Origin: Nitrososphaeria archaeon
Lineage (GTDB): Archaea; Thermoproteota; Nitrososphaeria; Conexivisphaerales; DTJL01
Assembly: GCA_029775965.1 (NCBI GenBank)
Contig: JARVJU010000007.1
Span: forward strand, 10,695 to 74,694
DNA length: 64,000 nt
Direction: 5' to 3'
This document shows positions 1 through 9,012 of the stretch, piece by piece. The stretch's first letter is position 1, and every line of letters begins with the position of its first letter. Under the pieces are notes generated by a model. It saw only the letters and a program-made list of their open reading frames with translations, was not told the origin of the DNA and made no database searches. The position numbers and the translations under genes were made by a program.

Positions 1-209
1 TCGTTGGGCCTTTCGATAGAATTCAGCAACAGATTGCTAGAGTTTGAAGTGGGATAGTAGCCGAAGACATTATCGAAAGAATGGTTTTCCATCATGATGA
101 TTACAACATGAGAAATAGGGGTTCTGGTAGAGCTCGCTGTGCTGATCTGTGTGCCAGCCATTATGTTGAGCAACATAAGAGCCACAGCCAGAATCACTAT
201 ACGCCTCAA
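1..209 (-). CDS. Phosphoesterase family protein (phospholipase C / AcpA acid-phosphatase type), N-terminal part; gene runs off the window start
   Basis: Manual minus-strand translation: TTG(209) RRIVILAVALMLLNIMAG (hydrophobic anchor/signal) ... HVVIIMMENHSFDNVFGYYPTSNSS. The ENxSFD block is the hallmark of the PF04185-type phosphoesterase family. It is absent from the ORF track because it has no stop inside the window. Confidence 0.55.
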   Translation of the reverse strand, partial: MRRIVILAVALMLLNIMAGTQISTASSTRTPISHVVIIMMENHSFDNVFGYYPTSNSSNLLLNSIERPN

Positions 210-273
210 CGGTAATACTAAGCCTGAACCACATATTTAAAGCATAGACTCTGCATGTCAAGAGAATGGCATC

Positions 274-1536
274 TTGGTCACCTTTCCTTCCGAAACCAAC
301 TGGACACTGCCGAAGTATGAAAGCTACTGCATTTCGAATTTGATCGGTTCGATTTCTTCTCTACTCGGTCTTAATACTACACAGAAGAAGTTGCCAGAAG
401 ATGTCTTCGACGGACTGAGTTTGGATGGAGTTGAAAACGTAGTGCTTTTTGTGTTTGACGGGTTTGGTTTCAGAGAATGGGAAAGGCAGAGAAATCAAGG
501 ATTCTTTGGGGCGCTGGACAAGAACGGCAAAACTACACCTATAACGACAGTCTTCCCCTCAACGACTTCTACTGCACTCACCAGTCTGGTTACAGGCCTG
601 ACACCCCAACAGCACTCGCTGATAGAATGGTACCTATACGTAAGCGAGCTGGACATGGTGATACAGACCCTTCCCTTCTCCCCCATCGGTGCAAAAGGAA
701 GTGACCTCCTACTGCCAATAGCAGACCCGAAGATACTCTTTGAGGGAGAACCTATTTTTAGCATCCTGTCAAGAGAAGACGTAAACTCATTTTCAATTTT
801 GAGCAAGTATATTGCCAACAGCTCGTATTCCAAACTGGTCCACGGCAAAAGCAAAGTGCGTGCATATGAGTCATTGTCTGACATGCCAGTAGTTTTGAGG
901 AGGACACTTGAATCCTTAAGGGGCCCATCTTTCATTTATGCCTACTGGAGCGGCATCGATTCCATAGAGCACACTTATGGACCTAGCACTGAGGAGACGT
1001 CATCCGAGGCGAGCTTAGTATCCTACTCTTTGATGAAGAACTTGGTCGACAAGCTCGATGCAAAGGTGTCAGAGCATACACTTTTCATTGTAACAGCCGA
1101 TCATGGGCATATTTCTAATTCACCGAAGAATATCAATTATCTGAACCAATTTTCCGAGCTCCTGAGCAGCCTTGCAAAAAGTTCTGCTGGAAAAATCATC
1201 CCACCATGGGGGGCTCCCCGTGATGTTTATATCGATGTCATGAAAGAGCATGTAGAAAGTATACTCGATTTCCTGTCCCAGAAACTGTCTAGCACAGCCA
1301 GAGTAGTCAGGAGTGAAGAAGCATTTAGGGCAGGACTGTTTGGATCAGGCCGAGTTGGCAAGCATTTCATTGAAAGGGTTGGAAAGCTCATGATACTGCC
1401 AAAAGATAACAACCTCGTCTGGTACAGATTCGACGGAGTTGACTATCCGCCGCTCGAAGGCCATCATGGAGGGCTGCATAATGACGAAATGACTGTTCCG
1501 TTAAGTATAGCAAAGGCACGCTCCTTACAGGTATAG
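274..1536 (+). CDS. Alkaline-phosphatase superfamily nucleotide pyrophosphatase/phosphodiesterase-like protein
   Basis: 420 aa. Metal-site motifs VLFVFDGFG, TVFPSTTSTALTS (nucleophile Thr/Ser region), TADHGH, GHHGGL. Paralogous to 7715..8971. TTG start. Confidence 0.75.
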   Translation: MVTFPSETNWTLPKYESYCISNLIGSISSLLGLNTTQKKLPEDVFDGLSLDGVENVVLFVFDGFGFREWERQRNQGFFGALDKNGKTTPITTVFPSTTSTALTSLVTGLTPQQHSLIEWYLYVSELDMVIQTLPFSPIGAKGSDLLLPIADPKILFEGEPIFSILSREDVNSFSILSKYIANSSYSKLVHGKSKVRAYESLSDMPVVLRRTLESLRGPSFIYAYWSGIDSIEHTYGPSTEETSSEASLVSYSLMKNLVDKLDAKVSEHTLFIVTADHGHISNSPKNINYLNQFSELLSSLAKSSAGKIIPPWGAPRDVYIDVMKEHVESILDFLSQKLSSTARVVRSEEAFRAGLFGSGRVGKHFIERVGKLMILPKDNNLVWYRFDGVDYPPLEGHHGGLHNDEMTVPLSIAKARSLQV

Positions 1537-1629
1537 ATTCACAAAAATCTCACTTCCTATGAAGTATTTACTGCCCGAAGTCTTTGGCTTCAAATACATT
1601 TATGAGTATGCACCTTACCTTCGCAAGTC

Positions 1630-2529
1630 ATGGCTGTTTCAATCATGCTAACCGCCGAAGCCTTGGGTTGGCTTATTTTCATAGTTGGAGCAGCCGTCCC
1701 TGTGTACATAATCTTTGGTCTGGTGAAACTTTCGGGCTTCAGGGAGATAACTCGTTTTGAGCGTCACAAATCTTTCTACTACAGGCTAAGTGCCGGAAGC
1801 AAGCTTGTAGCTCTGGTTTCCATAGCCCTGTCTGCGCCACTGGAGAACTGGTGGCTAGGTCTCCTTGTTCCATCAGTCGTAATGATGTCGTATCTCACAC
1901 TGAGAAATGGAATCAGGAAATTTCTGATCGGAGTTTCACTCACTATAGCCTTCATCTGGGCTACATCGTGGGGAGGTATTTCAGACCTCCTCCCTTATCT
2001 TATCCAAGGAAGGACTTTGAGAGGGCTGAGCTCCTCGACTATTATATACCAGTTTGCCACAAGGAGTTTTCTCTTGAACTACAGAGTAGCTGGGGTGTTC
2101 CTGATGGCACTAATTCTCATAATGACTAGCACCCCCACAGAGGTGCTTCACGTTCTGAGAAAGGCAAGAATACCCAACGGTGTGAGCTTTTCACTTATAG
2201 TCGGAATAAAAACCGTCCCCATCATCTTCGACAGCCTCAACTCAATCATTAAAGTACAGTTCATGCGGGGTTGGGGGTCAGTGGGAAGGCGTTCCTTATA
2301 CCCTATTTACGCTGTGGTTGCAGCCATCCTAGCCATCATCCCCACCATGATCTTCTTACTCAGAGGGGCGAGAAACATTGCCATCTCAACTGGTACAAGA
2401 GCATTTGGTGCCTACAGGAACAGAACCTATCTGAATCCTCTATCATTTCATGTGGCCGACTATCTGGTCATAGGTGTGGCACTCTGCCTTCTCGCTTTGA
2501 TAATAGTCTCATCTTTGTTCATATTGTAA
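1630..2529 (+). CDS. ecfT: ECF transporter transmembrane (T) component, EcfT/CbiQ family, copy 1
   Basis: 299 aa polytopic membrane protein with the C-terminal ARNIAISTGTRAFGAY arginine-containing coupling motif. Clear paralog of 5224..6252. Confidence 0.7.
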   Translation: MAVSIMLTAEALGWLIFIVGAAVPVYIIFGLVKLSGFREITRFERHKSFYYRLSAGSKLVALVSIALSAPLENWWLGLLVPSVVMMSYLTLRNGIRKFLIGVSLTIAFIWATSWGGISDLLPYLIQGRTLRGLSSSTIIYQFATRSFLLNYRVAGVFLMALILIMTSTPTEVLHVLRKARIPNGVSFSLIVGIKTVPIIFDSLNSIIKVQFMRGWGSVGRRSLYPIYAVVAAILAIIPTMIFLLRGARNIAISTGTRAFGAYRNRTYLNPLSFHVADYLVIGVALCLLALIIVSSLFIL

Positions 2530-2795
2530 AGGATCTTTGGGTTGTTTCCTATCTTGCGATAGCTAGAGGTGTTATGAAGGGATAACGAACTGTCCAGAAA
2601 TGAACATTGAAGGTGTAGATTTACCCCAGTTGATAGCTCTTTTGCACAACAAACATCAATAACAAAAATTGTCTAGCAGCATAAGTCGAAATAAAAGCAT
2701 CAAATAATAATTTGGTATTCAGCATTTTTAATATACATACAATATGTATTATACAAGATGTTTGTGAACTACAAATAAAAGTTTATTAATCAATA

Positions 2796-3611
2796 TTGAG
2801 CAAACGGTTTGACCTTCGATTGACCTTTAATGGTATAAAAGGCTTGGTTGGCGTTCCGGGTCAGATTCCTTGGGAAATTATCGTTGGCTACTTCATAGTT
2901 GCACTCGCCGTAGCTTTCGTTCTTGGCAAAAAGACTGGGGGTCTTGGCGCATTCACAACGCTTGACTACGTGTTTATAGGTATTGGAGCTGCTTTTGCTG
3001 TCGTGTGGGAGTTCTTCATAGGTGCATTCCTGGGAGGGTTCATACCAAGAGGTATTTCCACATACATATCGATCGGATTCTGGGGTGGACAGCTTCTCAC
3101 AATGATGGTTGTCGCTGCACTTGTCAGAAAGGTAGGCGTTGGTATGATCTCCTTCGTTGTATATTCATTCTTAGCAGATCTTTTCCACTATGGCTTTGGC
3201 GGCGAGCCCATTTACTTCTTTTATGAAGCGTTGACGTATGGACTTTTCCTAGACCTGATGATCGCTGTTACGGGAGGCAATATATTTGCTGTCAAGAGCT
3301 CACTAAAGGCATCTGCCCAAGTTGCTGCAACCTCCCATGATGATCAGGCAACTACGACAGTAGCCCAGACAGGTAGTTCATCTTCTAAGCTTGTTGCGTT
3401 GATGGTGATTGAAGGTGCGATAATCGGACTTCTGTTTTCATTTCCAGACCCATTATTCTACGATGGCTTCTTTGCCCCATTCCTGACCGGAGGATATGTT
3501 AATTGGCAGACAATTTTCTTCCTTCTCAGCGCATTCATTCCAGGTGGAGTAATCGTGGGCGGCTTCGCAGGCGTTGTAGCCAACCGGATTGCCAGAGCCC
3601 TTGGACAATGA
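2796..3611 (+). CDS. Polytopic membrane protein, candidate substrate-capture (S) component of the ECF module
   Basis: 271 aa, multiple TM helices. Its stop overlaps the ecfA start (ATGA at 3608-3611). It carries an internal Ser/Thr/Ala-rich hydrophilic linker (KASAQVAATSHDDQATTTVAQTGSSSSK). Assignment is by position only. Confidence 0.4.
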   Translation: MSKRFDLRLTFNGIKGLVGVPGQIPWEIIVGYFIVALAVAFVLGKKTGGLGAFTTLDYVFIGIGAAFAVVWEFFIGAFLGGFIPRGISTYISIGFWGGQLLTMMVVAALVRKVGVGMISFVVYSFLADLFHYGFGGEPIYFFYEALTYGLFLDLMIAVTGGNIFAVKSSLKASAQVAATSHDDQATTTVAQTGSSSSKLVALMVIEGAIIGLLFSFPDPLFYDGFFAPFLTGGYVNWQTIFFLLSAFIPGGVIVGGFAGVVANRIARALGQ

Positions 3612-5227
3612 ATCCCGTAGAAATCAACAGACTTTCTTTTAATTATGCGGGGGCAGGCAGGGATGTCCTTGCAGTAGATCATTTTCAGGTGGAAGAAGGG
3701 GAAGTTGTTGTCATAGTAGGGAAATCAGGCGGTGGCAAATCGACGCTTGTAAACTGTATAAATGGTGTAATCCCTCACGTCTTTAAAGGGAACAATCCTT
3801 CGGGTGTGGTTGTATATGGAAAAATGGTTAAAGAAACTCCGCTGTCAAAGCTCTCAACACTTGTGGGAACACTTTTGCAGGACCCTGAAACCCAAGTCCT
3901 GAATTACACTGTAGAGGAAGAGGTTGCTTTCGGGCCCGAAAACCTTTGCTTCCCTCCAGATGAGATCATGCGAAGGGTGAAGGAGGCTATGGCAACGGCA
4001 GGCATCTCTTCGTTAGCAGACAGAGAGACCTACACTCTGTCTGGTGGAGAGCTCCAGAGGGTAGCTTTGGCTGCTGTACTTTCCATGAGACCCAAAATGC
4101 TGATCATGGACGAACCAACTTCCAACATAGACCCGGAAGGAACCGCCCAGATATTTGAGACACTTACGCAGCTAAAGGGGAGGAGCACTTTGATAATCGT
4201 TGAGCACAAGCTTGAAAGAGTTCTACCGTTTGCTGACAGAGTGGTATTGGTTGACAAAGGAAGGATAGTTTTCGATATAAGAAAGAACGAACTCGTGAAT
4301 CATATTGATGAACTGGCTGCTGCAGGTGTAGATGTACCAGAACATTATGTTTATGCAAAACGCTTTGGTATTGACCCGGAGGATATAGAAGCTATCAGAA
4401 AGAAAATAGTTAGCGAAGGGATCAAGCTCAGTATTCCTCATAGAGATAATGACGGGAAATTGTTGATGCAGGCAAGTGCCAATGTCCAGGCAGCAGGAAG
4501 GGTTATTGTTGAAGCTGATATATCCCTGAGAGAAAAGCAGATATTAGCTATCATGGGAAGAAACGGAGCTGGGAAGTCGACCTTTCTCAAGGCCATTATG
4601 AATTTCTTGGATAAGGATGTAGTGGCAGAAAGTAGACTATTCATAGGCGGAAAGGACCTGAGCAAGTCTACGATACAGGAGAGAGGCAAATACATAGCAT
4701 TCGTCCCTCAGAGTTTCGACCTGATGCTGATAAACAAGAGTGTCGAGGATGAGATAGCTTATTCTTTGAAAAAGAGGCATGATAAAAATTACAAGCAGAA
4801 GGTTGAAGAGTTCCTGAACCTGTTTTCCTTGCAGCCTGAAAGAAAGAGAGACCCTCTCATGCTCAGCGTTGGTCAGAGAAGACGCGTAGCTATGGCGGCA
4901 GCTCTGTCAGCTGGTGTCAAGATAGCTATGCTGGATGAGCCGACCTCTGGCCAAGACTACTATAACAAAGAGCTGATAGGCAAGGAGTTGCAGATGCTCA
5001 AGGGGAAAGGTTTTTCCTTCATAATAGTTACCCATGATGCCAAGTTCGTGTACAAGTATGCTGACTGGGTGGTTATAATTAACGCTGGCAAGAAGGTGCA
5101 GGAAGGCACTCCAGACGAGGTCTTCATAGATTCTTCAAGATACTCGATAGTGCCTCCTACGGAGTACTATCTCAGGCATCCTGAGCTGCCGATTTCAAAG
5201 ATAGTGAAGGAGGTCAGTTACTTATGA
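3608..5227 (+). CDS. ecfA: ECF transporter ATPase, fused double ABC domain (EcfA-EcfA')
   Basis: Two Walker A motifs (GKSGGGKST; GRNGAGKST), two signature motifs (LSGGELQR; LSVGQRRR) and two Walker B motifs (LIMDEP; AMLDEP). ATG at 3608 (MNPVEINRL) is preferred over the ORF-track start at 3503, which overlaps the previous gene. Confidence 0.85.
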   Translation: MNPVEINRLSFNYAGAGRDVLAVDHFQVEEGEVVVIVGKSGGGKSTLVNCINGVIPHVFKGNNPSGVVVYGKMVKETPLSKLSTLVGTLLQDPETQVLNYTVEEEVAFGPENLCFPPDEIMRRVKEAMATAGISSLADRETYTLSGGELQRVALAAVLSMRPKMLIMDEPTSNIDPEGTAQIFETLTQLKGRSTLIIVEHKLERVLPFADRVVLVDKGRIVFDIRKNELVNHIDELAAAGVDVPEHYVYAKRFGIDPEDIEAIRKKIVSEGIKLSIPHRDNDGKLLMQASANVQAAGRVIVEADISLREKQILAIMGRNGAGKSTFLKAIMNFLDKDVVAESRLFIGGKDLSKSTIQERGKYIAFVPQSFDLMLINKSVEDEIAYSLKKRHDKNYKQKVEEFLNLFSLQPERKRDPLMLSVGQRRRVAMAAALSAGVKIAMLDEPTSGQDYYNKELIGKELQMLKGKGFSFIIVTHDAKFVYKYADWVVIINAGKKVQEGTPDEVFIDSSRYSIVPPTEYYLRHPELPISKIVKEVSYL

Positions 5228-6252
5228 GCCTTCTTTCTGTTGTATTGGTAAATTTTTTTAGCTGGTTCCTTTTTCTGTTTAACGTTGCACTGCCCCTTTA
5301 CCTGTTGCTCGGCGCAATAGGGCTCACAGGATTCAGGGAGATCTCATCTTACCAGAAGCACACTACGTTTTATTACAGGTTGAACCCGATCACAAAGGTA
5401 GCTCTTGCTGTAGCTATCACCTTTGTCGTTGCTTTCACTGTCTGGTGGATAGACCTTGCAATTCTTCTGGCTTTTCTTGCAACATATATGACGTTGAAAA
5501 ATGGAAAGAGGAAGATACTGGTTGGAGGTGCTTTTGCCTTCTCAGCAACAGTCGGGCTGATGTGGTGGTGGGCCGCGAATACTCCATATACACTGCTCGA
5601 CTATGCATTGTTCCATGAGTGCGTCACTTCGGTTACAGATATAAGCAACCTTGGTCCGCTATGGACTTGGCCTTCTTATTTCACAGTCATAGGTTACCAG
5701 CCAGTGTTGACACTAGGGGGTATATTTTATGGCTTACAGGTAGCTACAAGGACGGCCACAGTGTTCATAGTTGCTCTTATTCTGATAATGACGAGCACTC
5801 CATCCCAGATACTAAGAGCCTTACGGAAATTGAAATTACCTATTCTCATCATCTTTTCCCTTGTAGTTGCAATGAGAACAGTGCCAAGAATATTCGATTC
5901 TCTTGATACAGCTGTCAAGGTACAATTCATGAGAGGTTACGGATCTGATGCACCATTGTTTCTCAGAGTCTTTTATCTAGCAGGTGCAGCACTTACGGGA
6001 ATAGTTCCTGCTATGACCTTTTTGTTCAGGGGAGCCCGTAATACAGCTATTTCAGCTGACACTCGGGCTTTCAGGGCATACAACGATAGGACATATCTGA
6101 GGCCTGTGGTATTTTCGAGGGGAGACTACTATATGTGGATACTTATTGCAGGCTTTATAGTGCTGGCAATCGTCGGAAATCTGTACGGATTTGGTAGAGG
6201 GATTCCTTATGCAGCCGTAGGCTCGACGTGTGGCGGTTCAGGCTTCGGCTGA
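5224..6252 (+). CDS. ecfT: ECF transporter transmembrane (T) component, EcfT/CbiQ family, copy 2
   Basis: 342 aa. ATGA overlap with ecfA. ARNTAISADTRAFRAY motif. The N-terminal TM plus GFREI motif is shared with copy 1. Confidence 0.7.
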   Translation: MSLLSVVLVNFFSWFLFLFNVALPLYLLLGAIGLTGFREISSYQKHTTFYYRLNPITKVALAVAITFVVAFTVWWIDLAILLAFLATYMTLKNGKRKILVGGAFAFSATVGLMWWWAANTPYTLLDYALFHECVTSVTDISNLGPLWTWPSYFTVIGYQPVLTLGGIFYGLQVATRTATVFIVALILIMTSTPSQILRALRKLKLPILIIFSLVVAMRTVPRIFDSLDTAVKVQFMRGYGSDAPLFLRVFYLAGAALTGIVPAMTFLFRGARNTAISADTRAFRAYNDRTYLRPVVFSRGDYYMWILIAGFIVLAIVGNLYGFGRGIPYAAVGSTCGGSGFG

Positions 6253-6389
6253 ATGGTTTAAAGGTTACATGATCCAAAAATTCAATCTTGAACTGAGACT
6301 TAAGTCTAGATAGAGCCTCCATACCAAGGCATGTGGAACAGTAAGCATGCCATCAGCTGACTGGAAAGCAATAGCAGTCCGCCTACTCA

Positions 6390-6806
6390 TCAGAGCAATC
6401 TTCGGATATTCCTACATCCCCGCCTTCTCCTTCCCTGATACAAGCAGAGAGTACAGGGAGATTTGAAGAATAAGGCATCCTCCAAGCTAAATACCATACA
6501 ATAGCACTGCAAGGATGTTCCAGAGAGAGATATCTCATTCAGTTGCTCAGTCAGACTGCAGTCATGATACTGATAGCACAGCATAAGAGCAACGTAACTC
6601 CATATGACTCGACTGGCCTCCCTACTATAAAGTATGGAAGATGTTTCGAAGTCAAGAACTCCAGGCAGAATGAGAAAAAGAAGTTCGTCAAACTCCCCCG
6701 TATAACCAACGATGCAGAGATGCCTTAGAGCATCCTCTGCCCATCCGGAGTAATTTGTGGGCAACACAGCATCTCCAAAATCAATAAATAGACAGAATAT
6801 TCGGTT
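6390..6806 (-). pseudogene. Possible 5'-truncated remnant of an APH/choline-kinase-like phosphotransferase
   Basis: The ORF from MNRIFCLFIDFGDAVLP starts at the conserved (I/V)DFGDA metal-binding motif of the kinase C-lobe. The N-lobe and catalytic loop are missing. The remainder of the 174 aa track ORF overlaps tRNA-Gly and is spurious. Confidence 0.25.
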
Positions 6807-6817
6807 CATTTGGCTGT

Positions 6818-6913
6818 GCGGCGATCGTCTAGAAAACGCATATGTTTGGACAGCCTGGTCTAGGACATCAGCCTGCCACGCTGGTAACGCGGGTCCAAAT
6901 CCCGCTCGCCGCA
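6818..6913 (+). tRNA. tRNA-Gly(GCC) with a 21-nt intron in the D-loop (6833..6853)
   Basis: Acceptor GCGGCGA/TCGCCGC plus A73. D-arm GTCT AG^CCTGGTCTA GGAC. Anticodon arm TCAGC CTGCCAC GCTGG. T-arm GCGGG TCCAAAT CCCGC. The intron is flanked by a BHB: 4-bp helix GTCT/GGAC, 3-nt bulges AGA and AGC, inner helix AAAC/GTTT. Mature length 75 nt. Confidence 0.85.
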
Positions 6914-7150
6914 CTCTAACCTAAATAATCAAAATTGGCATAGTCTGCAAAATGATGGTAAAATAGTCAGAAATTTAGCTATAAGATTTGGTTTTAAAGA
7001 GAAAGGTATCTCTTACTCTAACAATAAAGATCTTCTTCTAATTATGGCGTCTTGTGTTGACTGTGGTAATTGTATGCAGAGTTTAACTTACTACCCAAGG
7101 AAAGGCATATTCTTCAGTTTACCTTACCTTACTCATTCATGCCATTAAGC

Positions 7151-7678
7151 TCAGGACCATGTCAGATTTCTGTTAACATGAGGGATAAGTGCTAGAACCA
7201 CAGCATGTTCATATAAACGAATTCTATCTATCACACCTTTTGTAAGTAAACCAACTGCACCATACTTCCTTTTGACATCTTTATCCCCAGATATAATATC
7301 CATAGCCTCCCCCAGCTCCTTTCCCTTATAGACTAAACTAATAGCTTCATTAGGAATTGGAAAGAAACCTGTGGTAGCCATCGATGATTTACCTTTTTTA
7401 TCCATTATACATACAATGGCAAAGGCAAAACTTGCATTCTTAATGACCTTTACGCCGCCCTCTATTCCTACAGCGAAATCTGTCTGATAGAGCTTCATAG
7501 CTTCTTTTGCCCTGTTAGTGGCTCCTTCAAAGACTTGCTTGTCAAATGGTTGAGATGGAACACCAGAATCAACTTCGACTCCTCTTACACTAGCACTGTA
7601 ATACTTTGCAAAAGCTCTTTTTGTGGCTATAATCTTTACTCTATTGCTACTACCTACTATTACTCTGACAGTTTGCAA
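7151..7678 (-). CDS. Inosine/xanthosine triphosphatase-like NTPase (YjjX/DUF84 family)
   Basis: 175 aa. N-terminal VIVGSSNRVKI, SGVPSQP and GIEGGV blocks are typical of the family. TTG start. Confidence 0.65.
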   Translation of the reverse strand: MQTVRVIVGSSNRVKIIATKRAFAKYYSASVRGVEVDSGVPSQPFDKQVFEGATNRAKEAMKLYQTDFAVGIEGGVKVIKNASFAFAIVCIMDKKGKSSMATTGFFPIPNEAISLVYKGKELGEAMDIISGDKDVKRKYGAVGLLTKGVIDRIRLYEHAVVLALIPHVNRNLTWS

Positions 7679-7714
7679 CAGGCAGATATAGCATGGACAA
7701 AGTAAATAACAATT

Positions 7715-8971
7715 TCAGAACTTTACCTCTTTGCAAGGAATATAAAATAGAGGAACCAGAAGCTCGTCTTCTGTAAGACCAGAATGTGCACCCTTATTTG
7801 GGTATGCTCTTTCCATCTTGAATGGATAGAATATAACTTTGTTTGGTCCAGGAAGTAAAAGTATATCCCCTATTCTATCCTCTATTTTCGGTCTGTTCAA
7901 CCCGTTACCAAAAAGCCCCAACCTTAGTGCCTCTTTTGATGCTAATGAGTAGTAATCATTATCAAACTTTCTAGCTACATAATCTTCCAATTCATGAACC
8001 TTCTTTGTATACAAAAAGGAGGCCCTTGAATCGCCTGTTGGCGGTATCACAAGCATATCCATAAAGCGCTGATCCTTAGATGCATCGAAGATACCGCCAT
8101 TCTCTACATCTATCTGCCCGTGGTCAGCTGTGATAATTATAGCTAAATTGTTCTTTACACTATCTGAAATCTTTCTCAGAAACTCTTCATACATAGAGTA
8201 GAAAAAGTTCCGAGCTTCTGCAGCTACTTCTTCGGTCCAAGGTCCATATGCATGTGCAGCGCTATCTACAGATGGCCAGTATACAAAGACATACTTATCT
8301 TCATGAACCTTTTCTTCAAGAAGGTGCCTAAGAATTATGAACATGTCTCCTACATCGACATACCCTACAGACCTTGCACCTGCATGTATCATCCTTGACA
8401 GGCCAGAATTCAGTATGTAATTCTTCGTAATCACATAGCATGATATTCCCTGCTCAGTAAGCATCTGATGTACTGTATGAAGGCCCAGAAATCTTTCAGG
8501 GGATATTCCTTTATCAAATATTACGTCATCTTTTTGTGCATTTACTATCTTGAAATCGAGCATATTAGCTACAAACCCGAACTCTTTCAGGTACATGGTA
8601 TACCCAAGTATGCCATGAACGTTTGGGGTAACGGCAGTATTCAGTGTTGTGAGAACAGTAGACGTAGTAGAGGGAAATACAGTGGTCAGGGATGAAGGAG
8701 GAAAATTAGAAGCCAGGTTTTGAATGTAGTGACTTGTATTTGTAAGCCTTTTAAATAGGTTATACCCAAAACCATCCAGAAGAAAGAGCAGTACAGTAGA
8801 GTGTCCCTCATCGGGAGAAAGAATCGACCTATTCAGCTGAGCGAGATTGGGTGGTTTACATGACAGCATCCTGAATATGCTTGAAGGCAGGTTAGCTAAT
8901 CCTTTTCCATCATATGATGGCTTATACATGTCTTCGGTTAACTTTTCCAGTTTTATGCTATCACTTTCCAA
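7715..8971 (-). CDS. Alkaline-phosphatase superfamily nucleotide pyrophosphatase/phosphodiesterase-like protein (paralog)
   Basis: 418 aa. LLFLLDGFG, TVFPSTTSTVLTT, ITADHGQ, GAHSGLT. Same motif order as 274..1536. Confidence 0.75.
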   Translation of the reverse strand: MESDSIKLEKLTEDMYKPSYDGKGLANLPSSIFRMLSCKPPNLAQLNRSILSPDEGHSTVLLFLLDGFGYNLFKRLTNTSHYIQNLASNFPPSSLTTVFPSTTSTVLTTLNTAVTPNVHGILGYTMYLKEFGFVANMLDFKIVNAQKDDVIFDKGISPERFLGLHTVHQMLTEQGISCYVITKNYILNSGLSRMIHAGARSVGYVDVGDMFIILRHLLEEKVHEDKYVFVYWPSVDSAAHAYGPWTEEVAAEARNFFYSMYEEFLRKISDSVKNNLAIIITADHGQIDVENGGIFDASKDQRFMDMLVIPPTGDSRASFLYTKKVHELEDYVARKFDNDYYSLASKEALRLGLFGNGLNRPKIEDRIGDILLLPGPNKVIFYPFKMERAYPNKGAHSGLTEDELLVPLFYIPCKEVKF

Positions 8972-9012
8972 GACTTGACATAAGCAGCTGTAGAGTTAAT
9001 AAATAGTTTGTC

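Noticed and set aside
495-935. Long antisense or alternative-frame ORFs inside strongly supported genes. Examples: 495-935, 14605-14988, 17096-17404, 20011-20355, 31862-32245, 33909-34319, 45189-45521, 50310-50714, 50829-51386, 54241-54735
   Set aside because: All lie within genes with unambiguous family motifs on the other strand or frame, show skewed low-complexity composition and carry no recognisable domains. They are typical shadow ORFs.
3503-3607. Upstream extension of the ecfA ORF (track start 3503)
   Set aside because: The extension is out-of-frame overlap with the 3' end of the preceding membrane-protein gene and has no ABC-domain similarity. ATG 3608 gives a normal N-terminus and an ATGA junction.
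6390-6914. 174-aa minus-strand ORF from the track
   Set aside because: Its first 36 codons are the antisense of a well-formed tRNA-Gly gene. Only the part from 6806 downward is considered, and even that only as a possible pseudogene.
7166-7178. 10-nt match (ttctgttaac) to the 49242 repeat arm inside the yjjX-like gene
   Set aside because: The match is short, lies in coding sequence (HVNRNL) and has no extended similarity on either side. It is most likely chance.
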